Positions 27,210 through 37,029 of a stretch of 60,123 nt of DNA are shown here, in pieces. Source of the DNA: Phycisphaerae bacterium. GTDB lineage: Bacteria; Planctomycetota; Phycisphaerae; UBA1845; PWPN01. Under the pieces are notes generated by a model. The model did not search any database, had not been told where the DNA came from, and saw nothing but the letters and a program-made list of their open reading frames with translations. The stretch covers positions 1 through 60,123 of the forward strand of contig BTUC01000001.1 in NCBI GenBank assembly GCA_045863575.1. The letters are read 5' to 3'. The first letter of the stretch is position 1, and every line of letters begins with the position of its first letter. The position numbers and the translations under genes were made by a program.

Positions 27210-29594
27210 ATGATGAGATCCCTCTGGCCATGGTTGCTGATCGGCTTGGGCGCTGTGGCGGTGGGCACCCTCTGGTTCCTCCAGGCGAACGGGCGAAGTG
27301 GGCTCAACCAGCCAGTGTCTCCCGGGCCTGAGATCCGCCCCACCACGCTGGCCGGTTCGCAAAGCTGCCGCGAGTGCCATCCACGCTTTTTCGATTTGTG
27401 GTCCACCTCGCATCATGGACTGGCCATGCAGCCGTTCACGCCGGACCTGGCCAGGACGTTCACCGCCCCGCCGCGCGAAATTGCCTCCGGGACTGACGTC
27501 TATCGCGCGGAAATCACCGCCGAGGGCGGCTTCGTACACGAGCGCGGCGAAGCGGGCGAGCGACGGTACCCGATCGCCCACGTCATGGGCGGCAAGAACA
27601 TCTACTACCTGTTGACTCCGCTCCATGGCGGTCGTCTTCAGACGCTGCCGGTCGCCTATGACGTCCGGCGAAATGAGTGGTTCGACACGGCCGCCAGCGC
27701 CATGCGCCATTTTCAGGAGGTCGAGGACGCGCCCGTCGCCTGGCGCGACCCCCTGTACACGTTCAATACCTCCTGCCACGCTTGCCACGTCAGCCAGCTC
27801 TCGACCAACTACGAACCGGCCAGCGACACGTATCACACCACCTGGCTCGAACCGGGAATTAACTGTGAAACCTGCCACGGCCCATCCGCCGACCACGTCC
27901 GCGTGTGCCGGGAGGCGCCTCCGGGCGAAACGCCCGCGGATCTGAAGATCATCCGGACCAGCACGTTCACCCCCCAGCAGCACAACGACTCCTGCTCCTC
28001 CTGCCACGCCAAGGCTTCGATCCTGACTGACGCGTTCCAGCCGCAGGAAAGCTTCTTTGACCACTTTGACCTGGCCACGCTCGAGAACCCCGACTTTTAC
28101 CCCGATGGGCGTGATCTGGGCGAAAACTACACGTATACGACCTGGCGCATGAGCGCCTGCGCCCAGGCCGGGGAGCTGCACTGCGTGCACTGCCATACCT
28201 CCAGCGGCCGTTACCGCTTCCACGGCGAAAAGGCCAATGACGCCTGCCTGCCCTGCCATGCTCAGCGGGTCGGCGACCCTGTGCCGCACACGCACCATCC
28301 GGCCGACAGCACGGGCAGCCAATGCGTCAATTGCCACATGCCCACCACCGAATTCGCCCGCATGCGGCGCAGCGACCACTCCATGCGGCCGCCGATGCCC
28401 GCGGCCACGCTCGCCCACAAATCGCCCAACGCCTGCAATCTCTGTCATGCCGACAAGGATGCCGCCTGGGCGGATGGTCATGTCCGCCAGTGGCATGCGG
28501 CCGACTACCAGGCCCCGGTGCTGCATCGGGCCGAGTTGATCGCCGCGGCGCGACGCAGCGACTGGTCGCGCCTGCCGGAGGTGCTGACGGAGATCACGGC
28601 CGCCCAGCGCGACGAGATTTTCGCCACGTCGTTCATCCGTCTGCTGGCCAACTGCGCGAAGCCGGATAAGTGGCCCACGCTGCTGGAGGCGCTGAAGGAT
28701 GCGTCACCGCTCGTGCGCTCGGCGGCAGCGACGGGGCTGGCAGGCTGGGGCGAGCCGCGAGCCCGACAGGCTCTGCTTGCGGCCACGGCCGATTCGTGCC
28801 GGCTCGTGCGCATTCGCGCGGCGGGCGCGCTGGCCGGGTATCCGGACACGGAACTGAATGCATCGGAGCGAGTGCGCCTGGTCGCGGCCACGGCTGAGTT
28901 GGAGAAATCGCTGCAAGTCCGGCTCGATGACTGGGCCTCGCACCACAGTCTGGGCAACCACTACATGGATACAGGCAGGCTCCAGGAAGCGGTAGCCTGT
29001 TTCCAGACGGCCTCGAAACTGCGCCCGGACATCGTTCACCCGCACGTCAACGCGGCCATCGCTCACGCCCGCCTGGGCAACAATGAGCAGTCGCGGCAAT
29101 GCCTCGAGCGGGCCCTGGCCATCGACCCGGACGACGCGGCGGCACATTTCAACATGGGCCTGCTGCAGGCGGAACTGGGCCGATCCGAGCTGGCGGTCGA
29201 TCACCTGCGCCGCGCCCTCACCGCGGATCCCCGCATGGGCCAGGCCGCGTACAACCTGGGGCTGCTGCTGATCGCCAGTCACCCGCAGGAGGGGCTCGAA
29301 CTGCTCCGCAAGGCCCACACGTTACATCCGGAGGATGCCCGGTTCGGCTATACGCTGGGGTTTTATCTTTACACGACCGGTGACGTGAATCAGGCGACAG
29401 CCCTGCTGGAGAGCGTCGTTGCGCAGCATTCTCAGTATGTCGACGCGCTCACATTACTCGGCTCCATCTACGAACAGCGGGCTCGCCACGAGGAGGCCCG
29501 CAACGTTTACCGCCAGGCGCTGGACGTCCCGTCGCTGTCGCCGTCGGACCGGCAGGCCATCGAGAGCCTGCTGCAGGCCGTTCCGCAACCGTAA
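27210..29594 (+). CDS. Membrane-anchored/secreted octaheme c-type cytochrome fused to HEAT-like and TPR repeats
   Basis: The N-terminal hydrophobic helix is LWPWLLIGLGAVAVGTLWFL. There are eight CxxCH motifs (CRECH, CHACH, CETCH, CSSCH, CVHCH, CLPCH, CVNCH, CNLCH). HEAT-like repeats follow (DASPLVRSAAATGLAG, SCRLVRIRAAGALAG), then at least 5 TPR units. Confidence 0.8.
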   Translation: MMRSLWPWLLIGLGAVAVGTLWFLQANGRSGLNQPVSPGPEIRPTTLAGSQSCRECHPRFFDLWSTSHHGLAMQPFTPDLARTFTAPPREIASGTDVYRAEITAEGGFVHERGEAGERRYPIAHVMGGKNIYYLLTPLHGGRLQTLPVAYDVRRNEWFDTAASAMRHFQEVEDAPVAWRDPLYTFNTSCHACHVSQLSTNYEPASDTYHTTWLEPGINCETCHGPSADHVRVCREAPPGETPADLKIIRTSTFTPQQHNDSCSSCHAKASILTDAFQPQESFFDHFDLATLENPDFYPDGRDLGENYTYTTWRMSACAQAGELHCVHCHTSSGRYRFHGEKANDACLPCHAQRVGDPVPHTHHPADSTGSQCVNCHMPTTEFARMRRSDHSMRPPMPAATLAHKSPNACNLCHADKDAAWADGHVRQWHAADYQAPVLHRAELIAAARRSDWSRLPEVLTEITAAQRDEIFATSFIRLLANCAKPDKWPTLLEALKDASPLVRSAAATGLAGWGEPRARQALLAATADSCRLVRIRAAGALAGYPDTELNASERVRLVAATAELEKSLQVRLDDWASHHSLGNHYMDTGRLQEAVACFQTASKLRPDIVHPHVNAAIAHARLGNNEQSRQCLERALAIDPDDAAAHFNMGLLQAELGRSELAVDHLRRALTADPRMGQAAYNLGLLLIASHPQEGLELLRKAHTLHPEDARFGYTLGFYLYTTGDVNQATALLESVVAQHSQYVDALTLLGSIYEQRARHEEARNVYRQALDVPSLSPSDRQAIESLLQAVPQP

Positions 29595-29684
29595 GCCGTC
29601 ACCGGCCTGAGACCATCGGCCTGGGGATCGGCAAATCAAGAATTCCCCTGCCGTATCGATTCGGCGGTATACTCGTCGGTCTGC

Positions 29685-31190
29685 ATGGTTCCGAGACTGA
29701 ATCAAAGCGTCGCCCGCAGCCGCGTGGCCGGTCCGGCCGCTCCAGAAGCCCTGCGCTCCGCGCCCGAGCGGGTTCTGCTGATCGGCACCGGCAACTTCCA
29801 GCGCGCCTTTGCCGGCTGGATGATTCATGAAATGAACCGCCGCGGGCTTTTTCTGGGCCGGGCGGTGATTACACCGGCAACACCGGCCAGCCGAACCTCC
29901 GAAGTTTTCACTCAGCAGGACGGCTGCTACACCGTGCTGGCGCGCGGCCGCCGCGACGGCGAAATGCACGAGCAGACCACGCTGGTCACCGCGATCAGCC
30001 GCGCCGTCAGCCCGTGGCGCGACTGGCGTGGCTTCCTGGAGATCTCCTCCGCGCCGAGCTTGCGCTTCGTCATCTCCAATACCACCGAAGCGGGGATCGC
30101 CTACGAGCCCATCTCCTGGCCGGTGAACACGTGCCCGGCCTCATTCCCGGCCAGAGCGGCCGCCATGCTCTACGAGCGCTTTCAGCGGACGCAGGGCGCG
30201 GTCAACGCCGGGCTCATCTTCCTGCCCTGTGAGCTCATCGAAAACAACGGCACCACGCTGCGTGAGATAATCCTGCGGCACGTTGCGGACTGGGAGCTGG
30301 AGCCGGCGTTCAGGGACTGGCTGGAGAACACCTGCCGCTTCGCGAACACACTGGTGGATCGCATCGTGCCGGGCTTTCCGGAAGCCCAGGCCGCCCGGCT
30401 GTTCGAGGAGAACGGCTACGAAGACCGCCTGCTCACTACCTGCGAGCTCTACCACAACTGGGTCATCGAAGCCGACGCATCGCTGGCTGATGAGCTTCCG
30501 CTGCCCCGCGCGGGCCTGAGCGTCACGTTGACCCAGGACGTCGGCCCTTACCGCACGCGCAAGGTGCGCATCCTGAACGGAGCGCACACGGCCATGGTCC
30601 CGGTGGCCCTGCTGGCCGGACTGGACACCGTGCGCGAGAGCATAGAGGACCCAGCAATTGCCTCCTTTATTCAGCGGTGCCTCTTCGAGGAGATCATCCC
30701 CACGCTCGACTCCGACGCAGGAGATCCGCACGGCTTCGCCCGCGACGTCCTCGATCGTTTCAGAAACCCGACCATCGAGCACAAGCTCCGCAGCATCGCG
30801 CTGAACTGTACCTCCAAGTGGCAGGTCCGCGTGCTGCCCTCGCTGAACGCCAGCATCCGCCGGCATGGCAGGCCGCCACCGGGTCTGTGTGCCTCGCTGG
30901 CCGCACTCCTGGCGCTGTACCGCACGAATGAGCTGCCAGCGGGCGGGGCGAGAAGCAGCCACCGACTCCCGACCTGCCCGCTACAGGACACCCCGCAGGC
31001 TCTCGGCTTGCTGCGCGAGGCATGGAAGAATTATGATCAGGGCTGCGGGCCGGAGGTTCTCTGCCGCGACGTGCTGGCCCGATCGGAGCTGTGGGGTGAG
31101 GATCTCAACTCCCTGCCCGGACTTCTCGAACACGTCGCTCGGGACCTGGATCTGATTCTGCGGCACGGCGTCCGCGTCCTGCTCGGGTAG
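29685..31190 (+). CDS. uxaB: Tagaturonate reductase (altronate oxidoreductase), mannitol dehydrogenase family
   Basis: Motifs LIGTGNFQRAFAGW and ISNTTEAGI are present. The ~500-aa length is typical, and the gene lies directly upstream of uxaA. Confidence 0.8.
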   Translation: MVPRLNQSVARSRVAGPAAPEALRSAPERVLLIGTGNFQRAFAGWMIHEMNRRGLFLGRAVITPATPASRTSEVFTQQDGCYTVLARGRRDGEMHEQTTLVTAISRAVSPWRDWRGFLEISSAPSLRFVISNTTEAGIAYEPISWPVNTCPASFPARAAAMLYERFQRTQGAVNAGLIFLPCELIENNGTTLREIILRHVADWELEPAFRDWLENTCRFANTLVDRIVPGFPEAQAARLFEENGYEDRLLTTCELYHNWVIEADASLADELPLPRAGLSVTLTQDVGPYRTRKVRILNGAHTAMVPVALLAGLDTVRESIEDPAIASFIQRCLFEEIIPTLDSDAGDPHGFARDVLDRFRNPTIEHKLRSIALNCTSKWQVRVLPSLNASIRRHGRPPPGLCASLAALLALYRTNELPAGGARSSHRLPTCPLQDTPQALGLLREAWKNYDQGCGPEVLCRDVLARSELWGEDLNSLPGLLEHVARDLDLILRHGVRVLLG

Positions 31191-31206
31191 CCACCGAAAG
31201 GAAACC

Positions 31207-32703
31207 ATGCCCAGCCGACCGGTTCTCATCCGCATTCACCCGGACGACAATGTGGCCGTCGCCGTCGAGGACATCGAAAAGGGCGCCGACCTGCATCTTG
31301 AAGAGGTGCACATCAAGGCGCGAAACCCTATCCCGCGGGGTCACAAGGTCGCGATCGCCGCCATCGCGGCCCACCGGCCCGTGGTCAAATATGGCTACCC
31401 CATCGGCGAGGCCACCAAGGCCATCAAGGCCGGCGAGCACGTCCACCTGCACAACCTGCGAACGCGCCTGGACGGCCTGCTGGAATACACCTGGCAGCCG
31501 TCGACGGTGGAGATGCGGACGGAAAAGCCCGTCACTTTCGAGGGCTATCTGCGGCCGGACGGCCAGGTCGGCATCCGTAACGAGATCTGGATCATCCCGA
31601 CGGTCGGCTGCGTGAACAAGGTCTGCGAGCGCCTGGCCGGACGGTCCATGCGGACGCGGGTGAGCGGCCCCCTGGAAGGTGTTTACTACTTCCAGCATCC
31701 TTATGGCTGCTCACAGCTCGGCGATGATATGGCCACCACCCAGAAGCTGCTGGCCGGCCTGGTGCGCCACCCCAATGCCGCCGGCGTGCTCATCGTCGGA
31801 CTCGGCTGCGAGAACAATAACCTGGACGTCTTCCGGCAGTTCATGGGTGACATCGATCCGCGGCGGGTGCGCGCCTTCTCCGCCCAGCAGGTGGAGGATG
31901 AGCTGGAGCGCGGCATGGCCCTGCTGGAGGAGCTGGCGGATTACGCCCGGATGTTCCGGCGCACCACCCAGCCCGCCTCCAAGCTCAAGATCGGCCTGAA
32001 ATGCGGCGGCTCCGACGGATTCTCCGGCATCACCGCCAACCCGCTGCTGGGAGCCCTCTCTGACCGATTCGTGGCTATGGGCGGCACCACCCTTCTAACA
32101 GAAGTTCCGGAGATGTTCGGCGCCGAAACCATCCTCATGAACCGCTGTGCCGACCGCGCCACTTTTGAGAAGTGCGTGCGGCTGATCAACGACTTCAAGT
32201 CGTACTTCCTGCGGCACAACCAGCCCATTTATGAGAACCCGGCCCCCGGCAACAAGGACGGCGGCATCACCACGCTGGAGGACAAGTCCCTGGGCTGCAC
32301 CCAGAAGGGCGGCACCAGCGCCGTGACGGACGTGCTGGAGTATGGCCAGACGGCGACCCGGGCGGGCCTGAATCTGGTCCAGGCCCCGGGCAACGACATG
32401 GTCTCGGTCAGCGCGCTGACCGCCGCGGGAGCACACATGGTCCTGTTCACCACCGGGCGGGGAACCCCCCTGGGAGGTCCCGTGCCCACGGTGAAACTCT
32501 CCACCACCAGCGAACTGGCCCGGCTCAAGAAGAGCTGGATCGACTTCGACGCCGGCGTGCTCCTCGACGGCAAGCCGATGGCTGAACTGGCCAGCGAGCT
32601 GCTGGCCTTCTGCCTGGATATCGCCTCGGGACGGCGGCGCACCCGCAACGAGCACAACGACTTCCGCGAGATCGCCATTTTCAAGGACGGCGTCACCGTG
32701 TAA
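31207..32703 (+). CDS. uxaA: Altronate dehydratase (UxaA family hydrolyase)
   Basis: The N-terminus is SAF-like (IRIHPDDNVAVA...IPRGHKVA). The central and C-terminal regions carry the conserved Cys pattern (GCVN, YGCSQ, GLGCE, LKCGGSD). Confidence 0.85.
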   Translation: MPSRPVLIRIHPDDNVAVAVEDIEKGADLHLEEVHIKARNPIPRGHKVAIAAIAAHRPVVKYGYPIGEATKAIKAGEHVHLHNLRTRLDGLLEYTWQPSTVEMRTEKPVTFEGYLRPDGQVGIRNEIWIIPTVGCVNKVCERLAGRSMRTRVSGPLEGVYYFQHPYGCSQLGDDMATTQKLLAGLVRHPNAAGVLIVGLGCENNNLDVFRQFMGDIDPRRVRAFSAQQVEDELERGMALLEELADYARMFRRTTQPASKLKIGLKCGGSDGFSGITANPLLGALSDRFVAMGGTTLLTEVPEMFGAETILMNRCADRATFEKCVRLINDFKSYFLRHNQPIYENPAPGNKDGGITTLEDKSLGCTQKGGTSAVTDVLEYGQTATRAGLNLVQAPGNDMVSVSALTAAGAHMVLFTTGRGTPLGGPVPTVKLSTTSELARLKKSWIDFDAGVLLDGKPMAELASELLAFCLDIASGRRRTRNEHNDFREIAIFKDGVTV

Positions 32704-32793
32704 AGTCCCCTCGCGGAGTGTGCCGCTGCTGTGTCAGCAGTGTTGGGACACCCCGTCTCCGGGCTACTGCGATGGGTTCTTGGTCCCAGAAGA

Positions 32794-34257
32794 TCAGAAC
32801 TCGCGGCGCTGGCGGGCGGCCGGGATGTTGAGTTGCTGGCGGTATTTGGCGATCGTTCGGCGCGACACGTCGATGCCTTCCGACTGCAATTTCGCGGCGA
32901 TGTCGTCGTCGGAGAGCGGATCCTTCTTGTCCTCGCCGGCGATAATCTGTTCGACGCGGGCCTTCACCGAATCCCAACTGGTGGCTTCCCCACTCTCCGT
33001 TTCCGTACCGCCGGTGAAGAAAATCCGCAGCGGGAAAATGCCCCGAGGCGTCTGGATGTACTTGTCGGCCACCGTACGGCTGATCGTCGAAGGATCGCAG
33101 CCGAACTTCTCGGCCAGCTCGCTCATCCGCAGAATCTTCATTCCCGCGGCGCCGATGTCCAGAAAATCCCGCTGCCGCTGAATGACCTCGCGGGCCACCT
33201 CCAGCAGCCGGTTGCGGCGGTACTCGATCGCATCGATCAAGGCCCCCGCCGCCTCCAGGTTCTTGCGGATGAACTCGCGGGCCTCTTTCTCGTTGCGATG
33301 ATCGCTCAGCATGCGCCGGTACGTGTCGGAGATGCGCAGCCGCGGACTGTTGCCTCGGGCCAGCCGGACCGTGTAGTCCTCCTCCTCCTCGTCGTACTCC
33401 ACAATCACGTCGGGAGTGATCACGGGCACTTCGCGCTCGACGATGAGGTGGCCCGGCCAGGGATTCAGCCTCCCCAGGTTGCGGACCGCCTGCTTGATTT
33501 CCTCAATACTCTTGCCCGTGGCCTTGGCGATCGCCGGGTAGCGGTTCTTCTCGATGTCCGGAAGGTGCCGCTCCAGCAGAATCCGCTCCAGTTCGTGGTC
33601 CCCCTCGAGGGCCAGGAGCTGGTTGAGCAGGCACTCCTTCAAATCGCGCGCGGCGATCCCCGGCGGATCCAGCGACTGCACCCAGTCAAGCGCTTCTTCC
33701 ATCTCCGCCTGGGTGAAGGGCGGCACGTGCTGCTCGGCGATCTGCTCCAGCGGAGTGCGCAGATACCCGTTATCCTCTATGTAGTTGATGATGAGCTCGC
33801 CGGCCTTGCGGATGTTGCCGTTGACGCCCACCAGCGCCCACTGGTGCTGAAGGTACTCGTTGAGCGACTCGGGCCGGCTGGCCGTGTTGGCCATCGCGTC
33901 CATCTTCGCGTCGCGCTCGCCGGAATCGGCCCGCGCCCGCCCGAAGGATTGGTCGGAATCGTCGAAATCGTACTCCCGGGAGAGCCGCTCCAGGCGGCTG
34001 AAGCCCTCCGCCTCGGCCTGGGCTTCGCCGGCCGGACCCACCGGCAACAGCTCTCCGTCGCCGCGCGCTTCCGTCTCCACCGGGCGCTCCGGCTCCTCCT
34101 CCTCGAGGGCCGGATTGCGCTCCATCTCCTCGCGGATCTTCGCCTCCAGCGCCATCAGCGGCAACTGGAGAATGTTCATCGACTGGATGAGCTGCGGCGT
34201 GAGCCGTTGCTCTTGTCGAAGACCCAGCGACAGATTTTGAGACATGAACTGCGACAT
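32794..34257 (-). CDS. rpoN: RNA polymerase sigma-54 factor
   Basis: Region I is LRQEQRLTPQLIQSMNILQLPLMALE. The C-terminal HTH and RpoN box are ISRTVADKYIQTPRGIFPLRIFF...RRTIAKYRQQLNIP. Confidence 0.9.
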   Translation of the reverse strand: MSQFMSQNLSLGLRQEQRLTPQLIQSMNILQLPLMALEAKIREEMERNPALEEEEPERPVETEARGDGELLPVGPAGEAQAEAEGFSRLERLSREYDFDDSDQSFGRARADSGERDAKMDAMANTASRPESLNEYLQHQWALVGVNGNIRKAGELIINYIEDNGYLRTPLEQIAEQHVPPFTQAEMEEALDWVQSLDPPGIAARDLKECLLNQLLALEGDHELERILLERHLPDIEKNRYPAIAKATGKSIEEIKQAVRNLGRLNPWPGHLIVEREVPVITPDVIVEYDEEEEDYTVRLARGNSPRLRISDTYRRMLSDHRNEKEAREFIRKNLEAAGALIDAIEYRRNRLLEVAREVIQRQRDFLDIGAAGMKILRMSELAEKFGCDPSTISRTVADKYIQTPRGIFPLRIFFTGGTETESGEATSWDSVKARVEQIIAGEDKKDPLSDDDIAAKLQSEGIDVSRRTIAKYRQQLNIPAARQRREF

Positions 34258-34430
34258 GGTTCAACTACAGTATACTGGACGAATTCATCTCCCGCACAAT
34301 AACAGGGGTCAAAAGCCCGAGCCCGCAACGCTTCGCCCGATGGCCATCCACCGGACGTCCACCCCCTGCACATTTTTCCTGGACGTGAGGAGACTGCCTC
34401 TGGATCGACAGATGGGCAGTCTGCGCCCGT

Positions 34431-35021
34431 TCACAGGGGCGTACGTCCCGTAATCGCCGCCTCGAGCATCGCCCGGGAGGCATACTCGACCTGCGAACCG
34501 ACGGCCAAGCCGCGGGCCAACCGTGAAATCACAACTCCCAGCGAGGACAGCCGCCCCTGAATATACAGCGCCGTGGCGTCCCCCTCCAGCGTGGGATTGG
34601 TGGCCAGCACGACCTCGCGAACCTGCCCGCCCCGAACGCGTTCCACCAGGCCGTCGACGGTCAGGTGCTCCGGCTCCACACCCTCCAGCGGGGCAATATG
34701 ACCCATCAGCACATGGTACACCCCGCGGATTAATCCGGTGGTCTCCAGCAGCAGCACGTCTTTGGGCTGCTCCACCACCACGATCAGACCGGCGTCCCGC
34801 TGAGGGTCGCGGCAGATGGCACACAACTCGGCTTCAGCCAGATTGTAACAGCGCCGGCAGTGCCGCAGATTCCGCTTGACGTCGCGGATGGCATCCGCCA
34901 GGGGGAGGGCCTCCTGAGGCTGTGCCCGCAGCAGATGAAAGGCGATCCGCTCCGCACTGCGCGGCCCCACTCCGGGCAGCTTGGTGAGTTCACTCATCAA
35001 CCGGGTCAGTGACTCAGGCAT
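34431..35021 (-). CDS. recR: Recombination protein RecR
   Basis: LTKLPGVGPRSAERIAFHLL is the HhH motif. CRRCYNLAEAELCAICRD is the C4 zinc finger. A Toprim domain follows (VVVEQPKDVLLLE...YHVLMG). The start was set at ATG 35021. The ORF track extends to a TTG at 35105. Confidence 0.9.
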   Translation of the reverse strand: MPESLTRLMSELTKLPGVGPRSAERIAFHLLRAQPQEALPLADAIRDVKRNLRHCRRCYNLAEAELCAICRDPQRDAGLIVVVEQPKDVLLLETTGLIRGVYHVLMGHIAPLEGVEPEHLTVDGLVERVRGGQVREVVLATNPTLEGDATALYIQGRLSSLGVVISRLARGLAVGSQVEYASRAMLEAAITGRTPL

Positions 35022-35119
35022 CCCGCGCGGCAGATCGCTCAAGCAGCAAACTCCTGGGCAAAACGCATTCGACCCGGGTGCGTCCCGGAAGCCCCCAAAT
35101 ACCAATCGCCGTCTGGGGT

Positions 35120-35452
35120 CTACTGTCCCATCATATCGGTCAGGCCCGGTATGTTGAGCCCGCCGGTCAGCTTGGCCATCTCCGCCTTCATGGCCTCATG
35201 CGACTTGCGAACAGCCGAAACCACGGCCGCCTTGACCAGGTCCTCCAGCAGTTCCACGTCGCTGGTAGCTTGCGGGTCGATTTTAATGCTCACCAGTTCA
35301 CCCCGTCCGTCCACCTGGGCCCGGACCATCCCCGCGCCGGCATCCGCTTCGTGACGCTGCTGAGCCAGCTCCTCCTGAACCTTCTGCATATTCTCCTGCA
35401 GACTCTTGGCCTGCTTGATCATCGATGCGAAGTTGCCCAAACCACCGAACAT
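35120..35452 (-). CDS. ybaB: Nucleoid-associated protein YbaB/EbfC
   Basis: It is 110 aa (MFGGLGNFASMIKQAKSLQENMQKVQEEL...) and sits in the classic position between dnaX and recR. Confidence 0.9.
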   Translation of the reverse strand: MFGGLGNFASMIKQAKSLQENMQKVQEELAQQRHEADAGAGMVRAQVDGRGELVSIKIDPQATSDVELLEDLVKAAVVSAVRKSHEAMKAEMAKLTGGLNIPGLTDMMGQ

Positions 35453-35491
35453 GCCGTGACTCCTCGTTTTATGCGCCGTGAGATTGTAGGC

Positions 35492-36952
35492 TCAGCGAAG
35501 GCGTTCGACATTCACCAGCGAACCACCGAACAGCTCCATGGCCTCTCGAACCGCCGGGTCGGAAGTGGCCGCTTTGAGATCTTCGCTGGTTGCCGGTCGG
35601 GATGCCGGTGCCGGAGCGGGCACGGCGGGGGCCGGCTGGGGCCGCCCCCGTGCCGGCGCGTGACCTGCTGACGGGGGCCGGTCACCGCCTCCCGATGGAG
35701 GGACCGAACTGCCGGGGATGGGTGATGCGGGACTGGTCGGCCGCGGCAAGTCCGCCGCCCCGGGAGCCGGCAATTCCCTCACTTTTTTTTTTGACGGATC
35801 CTCCTCGGCCGCCCTGGCCTCACCCAGCTCATCGAGGATCCTCTGAATGGATCGGTAGCGCACGGCACCCGCCAGCCGGACCAGACCCGCCTCCAGCAAG
35901 GGTCGTCCCAATGGACTGGAACGTACGCTGCGCCGCAACTCCTCGAGAACGGACAGCATGTAGACGTACGCCTCGGCATCGAAGTGTTTGGACAGCTCGG
36001 CCATGGCCTCGGCGGCCGGACCGGGCAGTTCCACCAGTTCCGTCTGCGCCCCGCACACCGACAAGAGCATGAGTGTGCGGATCTGCTCACCCAGCGACTC
36101 CGTGAACCGCTCCAGGCTGTAGCCCGCCGACAGCGACTCATCGAGCGACTTGAGCGCGCCGGCCGCGTCGCGATCCGCAAGCTGCCCGATCAGGCGGGTG
36201 AGCACCTCGTCGTGCGGCATCGGCAGAACGTCGTCGATCATGTCCGCGGTCAGCTTCTCACGCCCCATGGAAAGAAGCTGGTCGAGCAGCGAAAGCCCGT
36301 CACGCATGGATCCGTTCGCCAGCCGCGCGACCCGGCGGATCACGGCGGGCTCGGCCTTGATCTTCTCCTTCTTGAGGATCTCCTGGAAATGCCCGGCAAT
36401 GTCATCCGCGCTGATGCTGCGGAAATCGAAGCGCAGGCAACGACTCTGGATGGTGGCCGGCACTTTCTGCGATTCCGTGGTGGCCAGGATGAACTTGATG
36501 TGCCCGGGTGGCTCCTCGAGCGTCTTGAGCAGTGCGTTGAATGCGCCCGTGCTGAGCATGTGGACTTCATCAATGATGTAGATCTTGAAGCGCGCCCGGG
36601 CCGGACGATACGCCGTGTTGCTGCGCAGCTCACGGATGTTGTCCACGCCGGTGTTGCTGGCCGCGTCGATCTCAATCACGTCGACGTCCTGTCCCTCGGC
36701 GATGGCCAGGCACGACTCGCACTCACAGCACGGCGTAGCCGTCGGGCCTTCCGCCTTCAGGCAGTTCAGCGAGCGGGCCAGGATTCGCGCCGCCGAGGTC
36801 TTGCCCACGCCGCGGGTGCCACAGAACAGGTAACCGTGGTGAATGCGACCGCTGGCAATGGCGTTCTTGAGCGTGGTGGCCACCGCCTGCTGGCCCACCA
36901 GTTCGTCGAACGTCCAGCTTCGATATTTCCGAGCCAGAACGGTATACGCCAT
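35492..36952 (-). CDS. dnaX: DNA polymerase III subunit gamma/tau
   Basis: The protein starts MAYTVLARKYRSWTFDELVGQ. Walker A is GTRGVGKTS, the zinc module is CCECESC and Walker B is IYIIDEVHML. A Pro-rich linker and conserved C-terminal segment follow. The start was set at ATG 36952. The ORF-track extension to 37168 overlaps the SRP RNA. Confidence 0.9.
   Translation of the reverse strand: MAYTVLARKYRSWTFDELVGQQAVATTLKNAIASGRIHHGYLFCGTRGVGKTSAARILARSLNCLKAEGPTATPCCECESCLAIAEGQDVDVIEIDAASNTGVDNIRELRSNTAYRPARARFKIYIIDEVHMLSTGAFNALLKTLEEPPGHIKFILATTESQKVPATIQSRCLRFDFRSISADDIAGHFQEILKKEKIKAEPAVIRRVARLANGSMRDGLSLLDQLLSMGREKLTADMIDDVLPMPHDEVLTRLIGQLADRDAAGALKSLDESLSAGYSLERFTESLGEQIRTLMLLSVCGAQTELVELPGPAAEAMAELSKHFDAEAYVYMLSVLEELRRSVRSSPLGRPLLEAGLVRLAGAVRYRSIQRILDELGEARAAEEDPSKKKVRELPAPGAADLPRPTSPASPIPGSSVPPSGGGDRPPSAGHAPARGRPQPAPAVPAPAPASRPATSEDLKAATSDPAVREAMELFGGSLVNVERLR
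35783..35792 (-). other. A10 homopolymer (candidate ribosomal frameshift / transcriptional slippage site) within dnaX
   Basis: The mRNA reads GAGGAGGAUCCGUC-AAAAAAAAAA-GUGAGG, at codons 387-391 of 486. The +1 frame gives AAG UGA immediately. Confidence 0.45.
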
Positions 36953-37029
36953 CGCATGCCCCATCCTGCCAAGGTCCGGCCGCCGCCGAAGTGAATTCGC
37001 CATCCAGCTCTGCCGCGGGCAGACAAACC

